NCBI GenBank assembly: GCA_048013815.1 | Contig: CM106585.1 | Location: 10,850,001 to 10,914,000 of the forward strand | Source: Setoptus koraiensis | Taxonomy: Eukaryota > Animalia > Arthropoda | Direction of reading: 5' to 3' | DNA: 64,000 nucleotides | Shown here: in pieces, positions 12,297-24,217 of the stretch | How positions within the stretch are numbered: the stretch's first letter is position 1 | Layout: each line of letters starts with the position of its first letter | Notes under the pieces: model-generated | The model's database searches: none | What the model saw: only the letters and a program-made list of their open reading frames with translations | What the model was told of the DNA's origin: nothing | Program-made: the position numbers and the translations under genes

Positions 12297-15200
12297 CTGA
12301 ATTTGGTTGAATGGTTGTTGTCGATGGTTTGAAATTGATTGATTGGTTTAATTTGAAATTTAATTGTTTGTTGTTGTTGTTTGTCAATCAATGTCAATCA
12401 AGCGATCGATAGATCAAGCACACAGACACACATACAAGAGAAATTGTAAATTATGTTCCAAAAAATCATTCATTCAACGAAGGGGATGAAAAGAAAAACA
12501 AAATTAATTAAGATTATGTCTAGTTGCTTGGATGGGATCTGCACACGACAAGATGTGTGTGTGTGTGTTATTGTTTTATTTGTGTTTGTGCGTTGTTAAT
12601 GAGTTTCTAATTAGCCAAGCGAACAAGCGACGGCGATGGTGTTAAAATTAGAACACACATCTCGGCTATTTATGTACTCGGTTATGCTTGTGCTTGTTGG
12701 CTTGCAAATGTCATAGAATGCCTGTCGGTTGGTTGGTGCTGTTGTGGTTGCATTGATGCAAATCTTTTCATCTTCAACAGCGAATTCAACCATTCATTCG
12801 ACTGATCGCTCGGCCGTTCGCTCGGCTGTTCGTTCGGCCGTTCATCCGACTGCTCATTCGACTGCTCATTCGACTGCTCATTTGACTATTCGTTCGAGTT
12901 CGCGAAAAAGCAACACAACAAACAGCAATAATTACGTGTGTGTATGGCTAAAAAATGATAATGAGTGAGCAATAAAGAAGCCCACGCGTTTGCGTTAATT
13001 GGACGATAAATTAGAGTAAAATGTTCATTTAGTTACATGCGCACAGTAGCTGGCCAAACAAGTTACAAATGAGCGATTAGGGTGGCTGCCAGACGGCGAC
13101 CACAAGTAAACACGAAAATACCCCCTCGACGATGTTTATCGCAGGGTCTGTTTGCATTGCACTTGTGTTGCTTGCAAACAAGTACAACCCACACAATAAT
13201 CACCACTCACATTTAATCATAAATGTAACACCACGCACAGGTGAGTGGCGATTAGCGAGCTTGTCAAAATGGCTCGCAAGTTGGTGGTTGAGTGAGACTT
13301 TGAGACGCGAGCTGCGGGCAAGCGATTAGAGCAAACAATGGCAACAAACAAACAAACCATGCTTTTCATGCTGATGGCTCGCTGGCCGAATGTGACGCGA
13401 TCCTCTGATTAATCAATCAAATATAATATTGCCACTCATGAACTAAATCCATACAAATTAAGTGTTTACGCAGCCATTACTGGCCGGCGTGCGAGCCAAC
13501 AGCGCACCGGTGGGCCAATTAATCAATGTGCCCAACAAACATCAACACCTATTATTGCACCTTGCAGTGGTTTGCCGGCCGGCCACTGGTCGCTATTAGC
13601 CATTTAAGCACCAGCGATTGGCCATTGGCCGGTGGCTGGTGGTGTGTCATTGCGTAACATGAAATGTTTGCGTTGAGTTGGCGTTTAAATACAAGCGACG
13701 CGAACATCATTTATAGGTTTACATTAGCGAGATTTAGCGTTTGTCGAGTTAGTTTTGTCGAGCTGCTGCAGTGGCAATTGGACAAGTGTGTAAAGCGTGA
13801 GCGCAGTTACGTAACACAAGTGACAGCGTTGTAACCAACTGAGTGTTTGTAATTGATGACGACACGTACGTGTGTGTTGTGCCAAATACTGTGCGACTAC
13901 GTGCCAGCCAGTTACAAACGTTGCCAGTTACAGTTAACGCCGATGGGGGGCTTACACACAAAACTAACTTACTCGAGAGCGGCTTAAATGGCGGCCAAGT
14001 TGAGCCATTTAATCTGTTCTGTCTGGCAAGTTGTTGAGAGGACAGGGGGCCTCTATTAAACCATTAGTGTGACGTGTGTTTATCTCTGGCACTGTTCGCG
14101 TCTGGTTGTCGGTGTTAGTTTAAGTGGTTTCAGCGCTTGTCTGCTGGCTTGAGATGGATGCCAGCGATAATAAAATCATTAGGATTGATACACACGTTCG
14201 CTCTGTGCTGCTCGCCCGCTGTATTATCGCCCGCTGTATTATCGCTCTCCCAAGGCAGATAATCTATTACGAGTGGTCGTTGGATGCAGCCGACTTTTGC
14301 TCTTGTTACGCAACTCTCATCGCGACTCTCATCGCGACTCCCATCGCGACTCCCATCGCAGCTCCCGTCGCAACCCTCGTCGCACACACACACACAGAGC
14401 AAATAACTCGGCGCTACACATTACATAATAAACAGCACAGTTGATATTATACAACATATAGTACATATTACATAATATGATATAATTGATAGGCGCTGTT
14501 GTTGTCGGCGAGCGGGCCAGCGAACGGCCAAGACACAACAAGACAATCTGTTGTGTGTGAGGTCAAGTCATAAACCTACGTAAGCCGTAACAATAAACAG
14601 TTACTCTGCCCCCAACAAATTGCCAGATAATAGATTGTTTGGGCACACTGCATTGTATTGGCTGTATCGTGTTACTCTGGCAAGCGGCCGATGTAGCCTG
14701 AAAAAAGTATTAATAGTATTGGAATCAATAAATAAAGATTACTGTGTATAAATATTCAGCCAGTGCACTTAATTTGCTGTTGCCCATTCGGTGAGACGCC
14801 GGCCGAACGCCGCCGAACGCCGCCGAACGCCGCCGAATTTGTGCCGTGAGATTCTCGCTGACACCGCCATTGACAGCGCTTGTAATGCGGCGCCATGTGA
14901 GCATTATAATGGCTGGGCTCCCGCTCATAGAGTCAAGTCTGGCAAAAAGTGTCTATTTAATCTAATGAAGATTAGCTTTTGCGCTCGCTGGCATAACTGA
15001 CAAGATTGCTGCGCAGTCCGACAGTCCGGCACTGGCTGCGACTCGCCGGGCCGGGCCGGCCCGACCGCCGCAGCGCTAATTTGAATGGCGCACACACAAT
15101 CCCGACGAATCGCAACCAATTGGCCGGCCTATCAATCATTCTGAGACTGAGTCAGGCGCTGCGTTATGCCCACGACCAGATATAATGATCGCTCGCTCGC

Positions 15201-16244
15201 TTGCCCGGCGAACACTTTTCACAATGGCGCCGGCACTGATGGCGCGAATGGATCGGCCGGCGTCGGCCGGCATCGCATACCGTGGGATACCATGGCATGC
15301 TACGGGACGCTCGGCGCTCGCAGCCGGTTCGCGGCCACTTGCGATGCCGACCGTCCGACCGTCCGCATCGAGCGCGGCGTGTGCGGACGGTCAACCGGTC
15401 AGCTACCGGCCGCTAGCTCGCCGCCCGTGAGACCACCTGTGCGAACATGGGAACAAAAGGTGCCGAGGCGGCCACTTAGACGGCGCACTGCTCGCTCGCT
15501 TTGCAATCAATTGACATCGATTAGGGCGCATTCGACACGGTCGTTCGCTCGTCTCGTTCGGCGACCGGGCAACCGGCCGGTCGGCCGTTCTCGCTCGGCC
15601 GGCCGGCCGGCCTGAGAAACCGCGTCCGCCGAAACAGATCGTCGTTGTGGCCAATAAATATAATCGTCAGCTTGGCCGGCTGCTGTCGCAGGCCGCCAGC
15701 GGCTCGCAAACTGCGCGACTGGCAATGGCCAATTCAAATGGCCCACACACTGACCGGGCGCTGCGATTTCGAGGCAAGAGTTGCCCGCTCGCCAGCCCGA
15801 GTTTTCGGTCGGCCCGAGTTTTCAGCCGGCCCGAGTTTTCAGCCGGCAGCGGGCCGACGACTGTCGACGACCCGCAACGACGAAAGCGGCAACAGCGACA
15901 GCGACAACGGCGACGGCGGCGGTAACGGCGATGATGTAATCAGTGCGAGGTGAAATGATGCGAAAAGTCAAATGGCGCGCGAGGACCAAACGGGCAACAA
16001 GCAAACAAACACTGTGTCGCAATACGCCAGGCGCATCATTTTTTGCCCAGTTCAATATCTTATTTTGCCAGCTCGTACGAGACAAGCCGCTGGCAAAGTT
16101 GCTGGCAATGGCTGGCGATTTCGGGCGATTGCGGGCGATTTCGGGCGATTGCGGGCAAAAAATAAACAACTATCAGCGCCGCTTGTCAAACTATTTTAAT
16201 TTATTTATATTCCGGCGACCACGGCACGGAATATAAATAAATTT

Positions 16245-16263
16245 GCGCGCGCGCGCGCGCGCG
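16245..16263. repeat. (GC)9 alternating tract, potential Z-DNA
   Basis: gcgcgcgcgcgcgcgcgcg read directly. Confidence 0.8.
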
Positions 16264-16279
16264 TTTGCCTCTGCAAAGT

Positions 16280-16706
16280 TTGCGCAATTGTAAAGCACAG
16301 CGCAACCATTCATCATATCTGACATATTGCGCCAGCATTGTGTGTGTGTGTGTGGCGTTGCACAGTGAACAAACAAATTACACGGCAAAGTCACACAATG
16401 TAATAACGCGCACAGGGCACAGAGCGGCACAGGGGTCCCCCAGAATCGCCGTTATGTTCCGGTGGGGCGTCGCATGTGATGTCATCATTGGTTGCGTTGG
16501 GCCGGTGGCGGCACTGTTGCGTGTGTAATATTGCGCAATAACGTGTATGTTGTCGGGTATACTGACAGTGGGTATATTGTGAGTATATTGAGTATATTGC
16601 GTAATATTGTGCCGCCATTGTGTCACAACAGGGATCAATGGTGTCACTAAACGGATTGCGCAATAATCGTGCAAGATTGCGCCACAATCGTGCAAGATTG
16701 CGCAAT
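16280..16706. promoter_or_regulatory. Homotypic cluster of C/EBP-type palindromes (ATTGCGCAAT), candidate intronic enhancer
   Basis: ATTGCGCAAT at 16530, 16655 and 16697, plus TTGCGCAAT at 16281. Confidence 0.4.
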
Positions 16707-18318
16707 AATCGCACTAAATATTGAGCAATATCACGCGTGCAACAACCGACGACAACAACCGACGACAACAACAACGGTGACAAATGGCCGCACAGAGCCG
16801 GCCAAGGTGACGAGATGCGCGAATGGCGAAATCAGTGATGTAATCTCGGCGTCTTATAGACCGGTTGTATGTCGTTTTGTGTAGGCTTGCATCGGACGGT
16901 TGTATATCATACGGGCATATAGGCCATGATTTAGTTGGACGACTCACGGTTGTTGGCTCAATGAGAGCGTTATGGCGACCATGATGACAATAATAATAAG
17001 CGATATATTTAAGTCAGTCTATTAGACACTAACGGTGACTGGAATGCGTCACTTGACAAGCACAACAACAACAGCGACAGCGACAACGACGACAACGACG
17101 ACGACGACGCCGTTGGACATGACAGAGAATAAATAGATCGTATGACACCATCAGATAGCGACTATCTGGAGCATCTCACTTGTTTGTGTGGCTGCAAACG
17201 CTGCCAGCGCCAACACAAACACCGAGCCAGCTGATAGTCGCCTGATTCATTCAGTCTATATAAGAGCATGGGTGACATTTAGATCGCTCATCAAGACATT
17301 GATCTAAATGTCGATGACGACTTGTAATCTAACATTCCTTTTATCCGCAGCAGCTGCGTCTCGATGCCGATACCATCTCACAATCGTCGCCGAGTCGCCC
17401 GTCAACGACATGCCAAATATCCGCCACTCACTGATATTTGCCCCGATAACTTGTCGTCGTGTTTGCCGTTGTTGTTGTTGCCGTCGTTGCCGTTGTTGTT
17501 GTTGCCGTCGTTGCCGTTGTTGTTGTTGCTGTCGTTGCCGTTGGTGCTGTTGTTGCTGTCGTTGCTGTTGTTGCTGTCGTTGTTGCTGTGCACAAGTGTC
17601 AAGTGCCACTAACTACACCGACTGACCAATACTGTTGCTCGCTTTTTAAGTGATTTAAGCGATCATTATTCTTTCTTTTCGCTGGCCAGCAATCTCTGCA
17701 CAAAGCTCACTGAATCAGATTGCCAAGGGGAGCCTCTCTTAGGGACTCTTAGCACACACACACACACATTCCACAGTATCCCGAGAGTGTGAGATTCCGC
17801 CAACATGCCATGCCGGCGCTATCATAATTGTCCATCTTGTTCCAGCCATTAATATACGCCACTGGCCACTGGCCACTCGCTGCCACGCTCAATGCGACTC
17901 ACTAACGCGACTGACACGACTTGCGATAGATGGCGGCGATAGAAGTGATTTTAATTGAAAATTCAACAGCGACAACAACAACGACAGCGACAACAACAAC
18001 GACAACAACGGCAGCATTATTTGACATTGTTGACGCGTCTTTGACTCGCTTTGCTGCATCACTCACTACACACACCAGTGACCACCAACCAAGATTGTTG
18101 CTGGCCGCTTGTGTGTCGCCTTTGCGGTTGATGTTGTTGTTGCTGTTGTTGCAAATAAGACAACAACAGGCAAACAAATACTTTGCATATCTTTGAATGC
18201 TGTCGCCACTAGATTAACATTGCAATGGCATTGTCAGTGCTGGCCACAAAAGCACTCGACAAAAGAATAACAACTTGTCTCGCTCGTCTGTGCCGTCCGA
18301 CAACAATTGTTGTTACAC

Positions 18319-18350
<32 letters not shown>

Positions 18351-18440
18351 GTTGTTGCTGCTGCTGCTGTTGTCGTCGTCTCGTCGCAAATGTGCGCCAC
18401 AAATGACGCAACCGATTGGCCCATTCTAATTGGTCCGTCT

Positions 18441-18590
18441 CTCTAGTATCTGGCTCTAGTATCGAGTGTCCAGTGCTTAATATCTAGCATCCATTATCTA
18501 GTGGCTAGTATCTAGTGTCCAGTATCTAGTGTCCAGTTTCTAGTGTCCAGTATCCAGTGTCCAGTATCTAGTATCCATTATCTAGTGGAC
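18441..18590. repeat. Degenerate 14-bp minisatellite (TATCTAGTGTCCAG)
   Basis: Repeated units visible directly. Confidence 0.8.
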
Positions 18591-19422
18591 AGTAGACCGG
18601 CCGGCAATGGTGCCAGCGCGGTAGCTCTGGTGGCCGGCGCGCACACTACCTGCGCCATAGCCACAATGAGCCACACTGAACCACAATGAGCCACAATGAA
18701 CCACAATGAACGATTGAATGATTGACAATGATTGACAATAATTGTCTGAAAAGCTCTAGCGCGCTCTTTGGCCACCAGACGGTGCACCGGCACGGCAACT
18801 GTCCTTCCCACGCATCATTGAAAGTTTCAATTTGAAACACCATGATTGCCATTATACTGCACTCATCTCGCATACAAACCACATATACCCAGATATGCGG
18901 ACATGGCCACAGCCAGACAATAAAGCGAGCCCCGAGGCGCCCCCTATGACTCACTCAACGCTGGCACAGGTACACCATTGTTGGTATTGATGGATGGCCG
19001 AAATATTTAGGGCCGACCAGTTATCGCTGGCCGGTATCGGTTGTTGTCGGTGAGGTTGTTGTCGGTGTGGTTGCTGTTGTTGGCGGTGGTTGCTGTTGTC
19101 GGTGGTGGTTGGTGGTGGCGACGCTAATTGCAATTATGGCCGCGTGCAATTGGCGCTAATTGTGGCGCTGGCCTGTGTGTGGCCGGAGTCATTTGATTTG
19201 AGTCGGCCAGACGCATTCATCGGTGGACGCATCCACGGGTGCACACATTCATGGGTAGATTGCGGTATTTATAGGTGACCATAATCAATCACATGGCTGT
19301 TTGTGTTGCAGTGAACTGACCAGTGCGCTGTGCAAATTACTCTTCGTGTCACCATAATGAATCATTAGCATTTTTACCTGAGTTTGCGTCGGAGGCATTA
19401 GTGCACTATTAGCGAAACACAC

Positions 19423-19508
19423 TGGCGCTGTCAGTGTTGGCGCTGTCACTGTTGGCGCTGTCAGTGTTGGCGCTGTCACTGTTGGCGCTGTCACTGTTGG
19501 CGCTGTGT
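19423..19508. repeat. 15-bp tandem repeat TGGCGCTGTCA(C/G)TGT x5.5
   Basis: Units start at 19423, 19438, 19453, 19468, 19483 and 19498. Confidence 0.9.
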
Positions 19509-20499
19509 CAACTCCAATTCATTAGAGTGCAATGGGCACCACACCGCACACAACAACAGCAACAACAACAACAGCCACAACAACAACAAGAGCCACAACA
19601 ACGGCAGCAGCCGCAACAAGCGCGGACAAATCGACACTTGGGCGCTTGTGTGGTCCGCTTGCTCCTCCCACGCACCGCGACGCTGCATCGCTGCATCGCT
19701 ATATCGCTGGCACACACAATGGTGGCGCTGCGAGCACAAGTTGTGATACAAAGTGTGTTTGCTCGGACAGTGTCCATTGTTGACCGGCGGCCATAATGTG
19801 TGCGTGTCATTGTTGTCGTGGGAAGGCCCGAAAGCAATCAATGAAATGTCAGCCAGCCAGCCAGCCAAACAAACGGACTGTGCTGAACGGGCACACAAGA
19901 CAAATCATGGCAGCTCGTCATCATTTGCTGCTCACCCAAAATCAATTATTGTGAGCCTAATCGACAGGTAGCTCTAGGCACAAACTGGCCGCAAACTGGC
20001 CAGCAAATTTATTGGCTGTTGTGTTTATTGGCGTGACTGTTGCGACTAATTTTGCTGGCGCTGCCCCTGCTACCGTTTGACTGTCAGTTGTTGGTCGACA
20101 CAGCAGCGACCAAGGGAGATAATTTTCAACTCGCAAGTCGTCGAATGCGCGAACCTTCCAAGCGGGCAACATTGTGCGACTTGACCGAGCAATATTGTTG
20201 CTGTTAACCAGTCAGTGAGAAAAATGTCGTCGGGTTGCCACCTATGGAGCCGCACAATTAGTTTGGCCGGTGGCGCTAGTAGTAGTAAAATTGTCATTTG
20301 TCATGGCCGTGATCATTGATGTATTATCATTGATCGGGCGCTTGTTAGTTGGCTCTCGACTGGCTGCCCATATCACGGGCACGGCCTGTAATACGGGTCA
20401 ACATGATTAATTGATTACGGCGCCGATGCTCGCCGTGCCCAAGTGAGCGCAACACAAATTTAATTAGAATAATCGCCATACTTGTCCATGGCGACCGTG

Positions 20500-20700
20500 T
20501 ATATCCACTGTGTATATCCCGGGTATATCCACTGTGTATATCCCGGGTATATCCACTGTGTATATCCCGGGAATATCCACGGCCGTGTGTGTATATCCAT
20601 ATCGGCGCGAATATCGGCGCGAATATCGGCGCGAATATCGGCGCGGATATCGGCGCGGATATCGGCGCGGATATCGGCCCGAATATCCGCGCCGATATCC
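20500..20700. repeat. Compound minisatellite: 24-bp TATATCCACTGTGTATATCCCGGG x3.4 followed by 12-bp ATATCGGCGCG(A/G) x8
   Basis: Units at 20500/20524/20548, then every 12 bp from 20599. Confidence 0.9.
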
Positions 20701-21039
20701 CGGCGCAAACATACAGGCCAGGCGAAATGCACGCCAGCGAGCGGCCGGGATTATGCCGGCGACACGATGCGAGCATCATTAATAATCATTATTGTTGTAT
20801 TATGACTTTGCTCTGTTTGTCGGTTGGCCAGTTTATCTCAAGGTGCACAACGCAAACAAATATTATCCTGCAGCGGGCACAATGCTGCCCGCAGTAATGA
20901 TACTCGGCTTCGGGCCGCCATCGGCGAGAGCGGCCCGAAGCCGTACGGACAGCGGGCCGCGGATAAAGAGCCGCGGATAAATAGACAAACAAATGGTGCG
21001 TTAATAACGCAACGACGCTAGGTGTTGAGGCGCGTGTCG

Positions 21040-21081
<42 letters not shown>

Positions 21082-24077
21082 CTGTCCGACTTGTTGTTGT
21101 CAAAACAGATAAACACAACTACTTATGTAATAGCAATAAACATCTATCAACTGGCGGCAGCTGCTCGCAACTCAGCGCCGCCGCCACTGAGTGCCACCGA
21201 GTGCCAGTTTCGGGGGCCCCGCGCTGAGCGCGTGTGGGGTCAAGATTGTTTATTTATCTCACTGGGTTCTCACACACACTGAGAGATCTCGATAATATAA
21301 TAACCATTTAGAGAGATAATAGAGAGTGTGCGAGCGACACAGCGAGATTTAACCGTTAACCCGAGTCAAGCCGAACCGTGCGGCATGTGCCCCATGGTTG
21401 CGTAATGATGCCCGCCGGCCGAGTTCGGGCCGGCCAAGTTCAAATTTGCCGCTTGCCCTGTTCTGGTGGCGGGCCCCCGATTCTTGTGGCCCCCGATCTA
21501 ATAATATCGGCACACACAAACACGTATAATCTGTGCCAATATCAATAGAATTACCCCAATGGATTGGTGTTAAAAGATCATAAATCAGGAGCGTCGTTAA
21601 TTTAATCGTACGCGCGCGCGCGATGGGGCCCCAAATTGTGCACAGAGATTGGCGCATTTGAGCGCATCATTTAATTTGTGTGCGCGCCTTTATTTATTCA
21701 TCATGGCCGTGGGGCCAAGTTGAATTGTCAACACAATCCAACTATTATTCACTGTTATAAATATTACCTTATATTGCCATATGAAGCCATTGTCTGTAAT
21801 GAGGAACAGACTGTGAATAACAAACAATTTGTTGGGGCCATATCGCACATGAAGGCAGCGATGAGATAGACAAATAATGATAATGATGATGCCATCAGCG
21901 CGCAACGGGGCGCACAATCGCGACAACTGTGCCAGTGTGTGTGTGTGGGGCACAGTGAATAATTGAAACGTAGAAATGTCACTCTACCGCTGTGACATTC
22001 ACAGAGTACACAGCGCACAACAACTGGCACAGAATTGGCACTAGAGTCTCTAGTGTAGAGAGTCACGAATGCCATGCCAGAGGATGGCACAGGATGGCTG
22101 CCCGCTGCGCAATTGGGGCCCCACTGGATGATGTAACAACTGTCGAGATTGTGTGTCAGGTATGAGTTTGCTGTTAAATTATGAATACAGTTTGGTATTA
22201 TTGTCGCGGGCCACACACAACGCGACGGCGACAAATGGTGCGCAAGCGGATAGTTTGCGACAGCAGCAGCAGTGAATATACAGTGATAAGTGAATGGGAG
22301 TGAGCAGATAGTCGGCGTAAATAGTTTGAAAAATGGTGTGTCCGACAAGATTCTTTGCGAACATTCTTAGAATAGATGACAAATTCTCGCTGCTCACTCA
22401 TTCGAGCAGCTCAGCCGGCCATTGCACAGCGCTTGTGTTGGGCAATGGATCGGCGGCCGCTCGACAGGTAACTACTACTGACCGGCCGCACTCAGTCACT
22501 AAACGGCTACGGCCAATTGATTTGTTCAATCAATGTTGCTGGCCGGTTGGCCGCCTGTTTGTCAGCCGGCCAACCGGCCAGCACTGACCCGACTGAGTGA
22601 GCAGCCGGCTAATTTGCATACTTGGCATTCTCTGGCAATCTCATTCACCTGTCGCGCTGGCTTTGACGGGGCAGCGCACACTTCAATTTGATAGCCAGCA
22701 CTTTGATACTGTCAATGATTGTGATGGCTTGCCGATTGCCGCTTGTCGCTGTTGGCAAGTGAACAAAGTTGGCTCACTCACATTATCTCAACAAATTGCA
22801 TGCATAATGTGTGATAGTCAGTTATAACAGAGCAGCGACACTTAATGATCGCTCGACATCACTCGACAGTCTTGACGACGACGACACACTGTCGATATGT
22901 CATCGCTCGTCGCTGATTGATATCAACGACACACTCATGTTGTCGTTTGCGACAAGCTCGCATGGCGAACAAAAGATGGATATTGGTTACGACCATGAAA
23001 GGTATGTCTTTTGATCGACCATTATCATTCGACAGCAGCGGCAACGGCAACAACATCAACAACAACGACAGCAACGGCAACAACAACAACGACAGCAACA
23101 ACAACGACAGCAACGGCAACAACGTTTCAATATAGGCACAAATTTTAACAGCGCTGGCAAGCTCGCCGGCGCTGTAACAGCTTGCCAGCGCTCGCCCGCC
23201 GCCTATCTATAAATGATTGATGAGCTCACATCGCGATATAGACATTGGCGCTGCCTGAAATAGTATTGAGTGTGTTGATTGGCCCCATTTAGCGCAAATT
23301 TTGTGTGTATTAGGCTGGTGCATTAGGGCTGGATATAAATGGATGGATGGATAGGCCAGCCATTGGCAGCCGGGCGATTGTAGACGGCGATGTGTGTGTG
23401 TAAACTGTAATTGCTTGGCACTGATTGAGTGACAGTTTCAATTTGCATTTTCGACAGTTTCATTTGTTGTTCGCTCACTCACTCACTGGTCTGAGTATTC
23501 TGACACACACACACTCACACACTAGCGGTGGTAATAGTAAAAAACTAGGCTACAATACGTTACGTGAATACTGTTTGTGTGTGTGTGTGTGTGTTCGAAT
23601 AATATAATTTATATAATGTTACATCAGACGTCGATGCTACAAACTGACTAGGCTGATATAAATAATAAATAATAATTTTGTTTTGCATAACAACGAGTGA
23701 TGAGTGATCAAGAGAGAGAGAGAGAGAGAGCGAGAGCCAGCAACAACGCCAACAACAGCACCACCAACAACAACAACAGCAACAACAACAGCAACGGCAG
23801 CACCAACTGCACCGACGACCGACAACAACCGACAACAACTAACGCTCAACGAAAACAGCCGATCAATCTTTCTCTGTCTCGACGAACTCTCTTTCTTTCG
23901 CTGTGTGATACTCGCTTTGTAGTAGAGAGAATACAAATATTATGCCAAGTGAAACAACATTGGCCAATGAGACATGCAAATGAGCACCCATCACTAGCGT
24001 TGCGAGCAGGCGAAATAACATTGAGTAATAACATCGAGAGTTAATCGGCCAACAGTCTCTATCTCTACTTGAGATCT

Positions 24078-24113
<36 letters not shown>

Positions 24114-24157
24114 ATTTTTCAGCCGTCCGTCCATTGCTAGCCAGAACCCAATCAAGT

Positions 24158-24217
24158 GCATGAGATAAGCCACCAGCAAAGTCTGGCCAAATAACATGCT
24201 GGTGGCTTATCTCATGC
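24158..24217. ncRNA. Perfect 60-nt hairpin (21-bp stem, 18-nt loop), pre-miRNA-like, intronic
   Basis: GCATGAGATAAGCCACCAGCA (24158-24178) is the exact reverse complement of TGCTGGTGGCTTATCTCATGC (24197-24217). The hairpin itself is certain; the confidence score refers to function as an RNA gene. Confidence 0.35.

Noticed and set aside
12700-12890. Minus-strand SNEQ-repeat open frame as an alternative engrailed exon
   Set aside because: Derived from a 12-bp tandem repeat; ends in a stop with no suitable donor.
19423-20700. Regular short repeat arrays that might suggest CRISPR
   Set aside because: Head-to-tail units with no unique spacers, no cas genes, eukaryotic context.
21764-22348. 194-aa minus-strand ORF in the engrailed intron
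   Set aside because: No ATG at the annotated start, no recognisable domain and no convincing splice boundaries.
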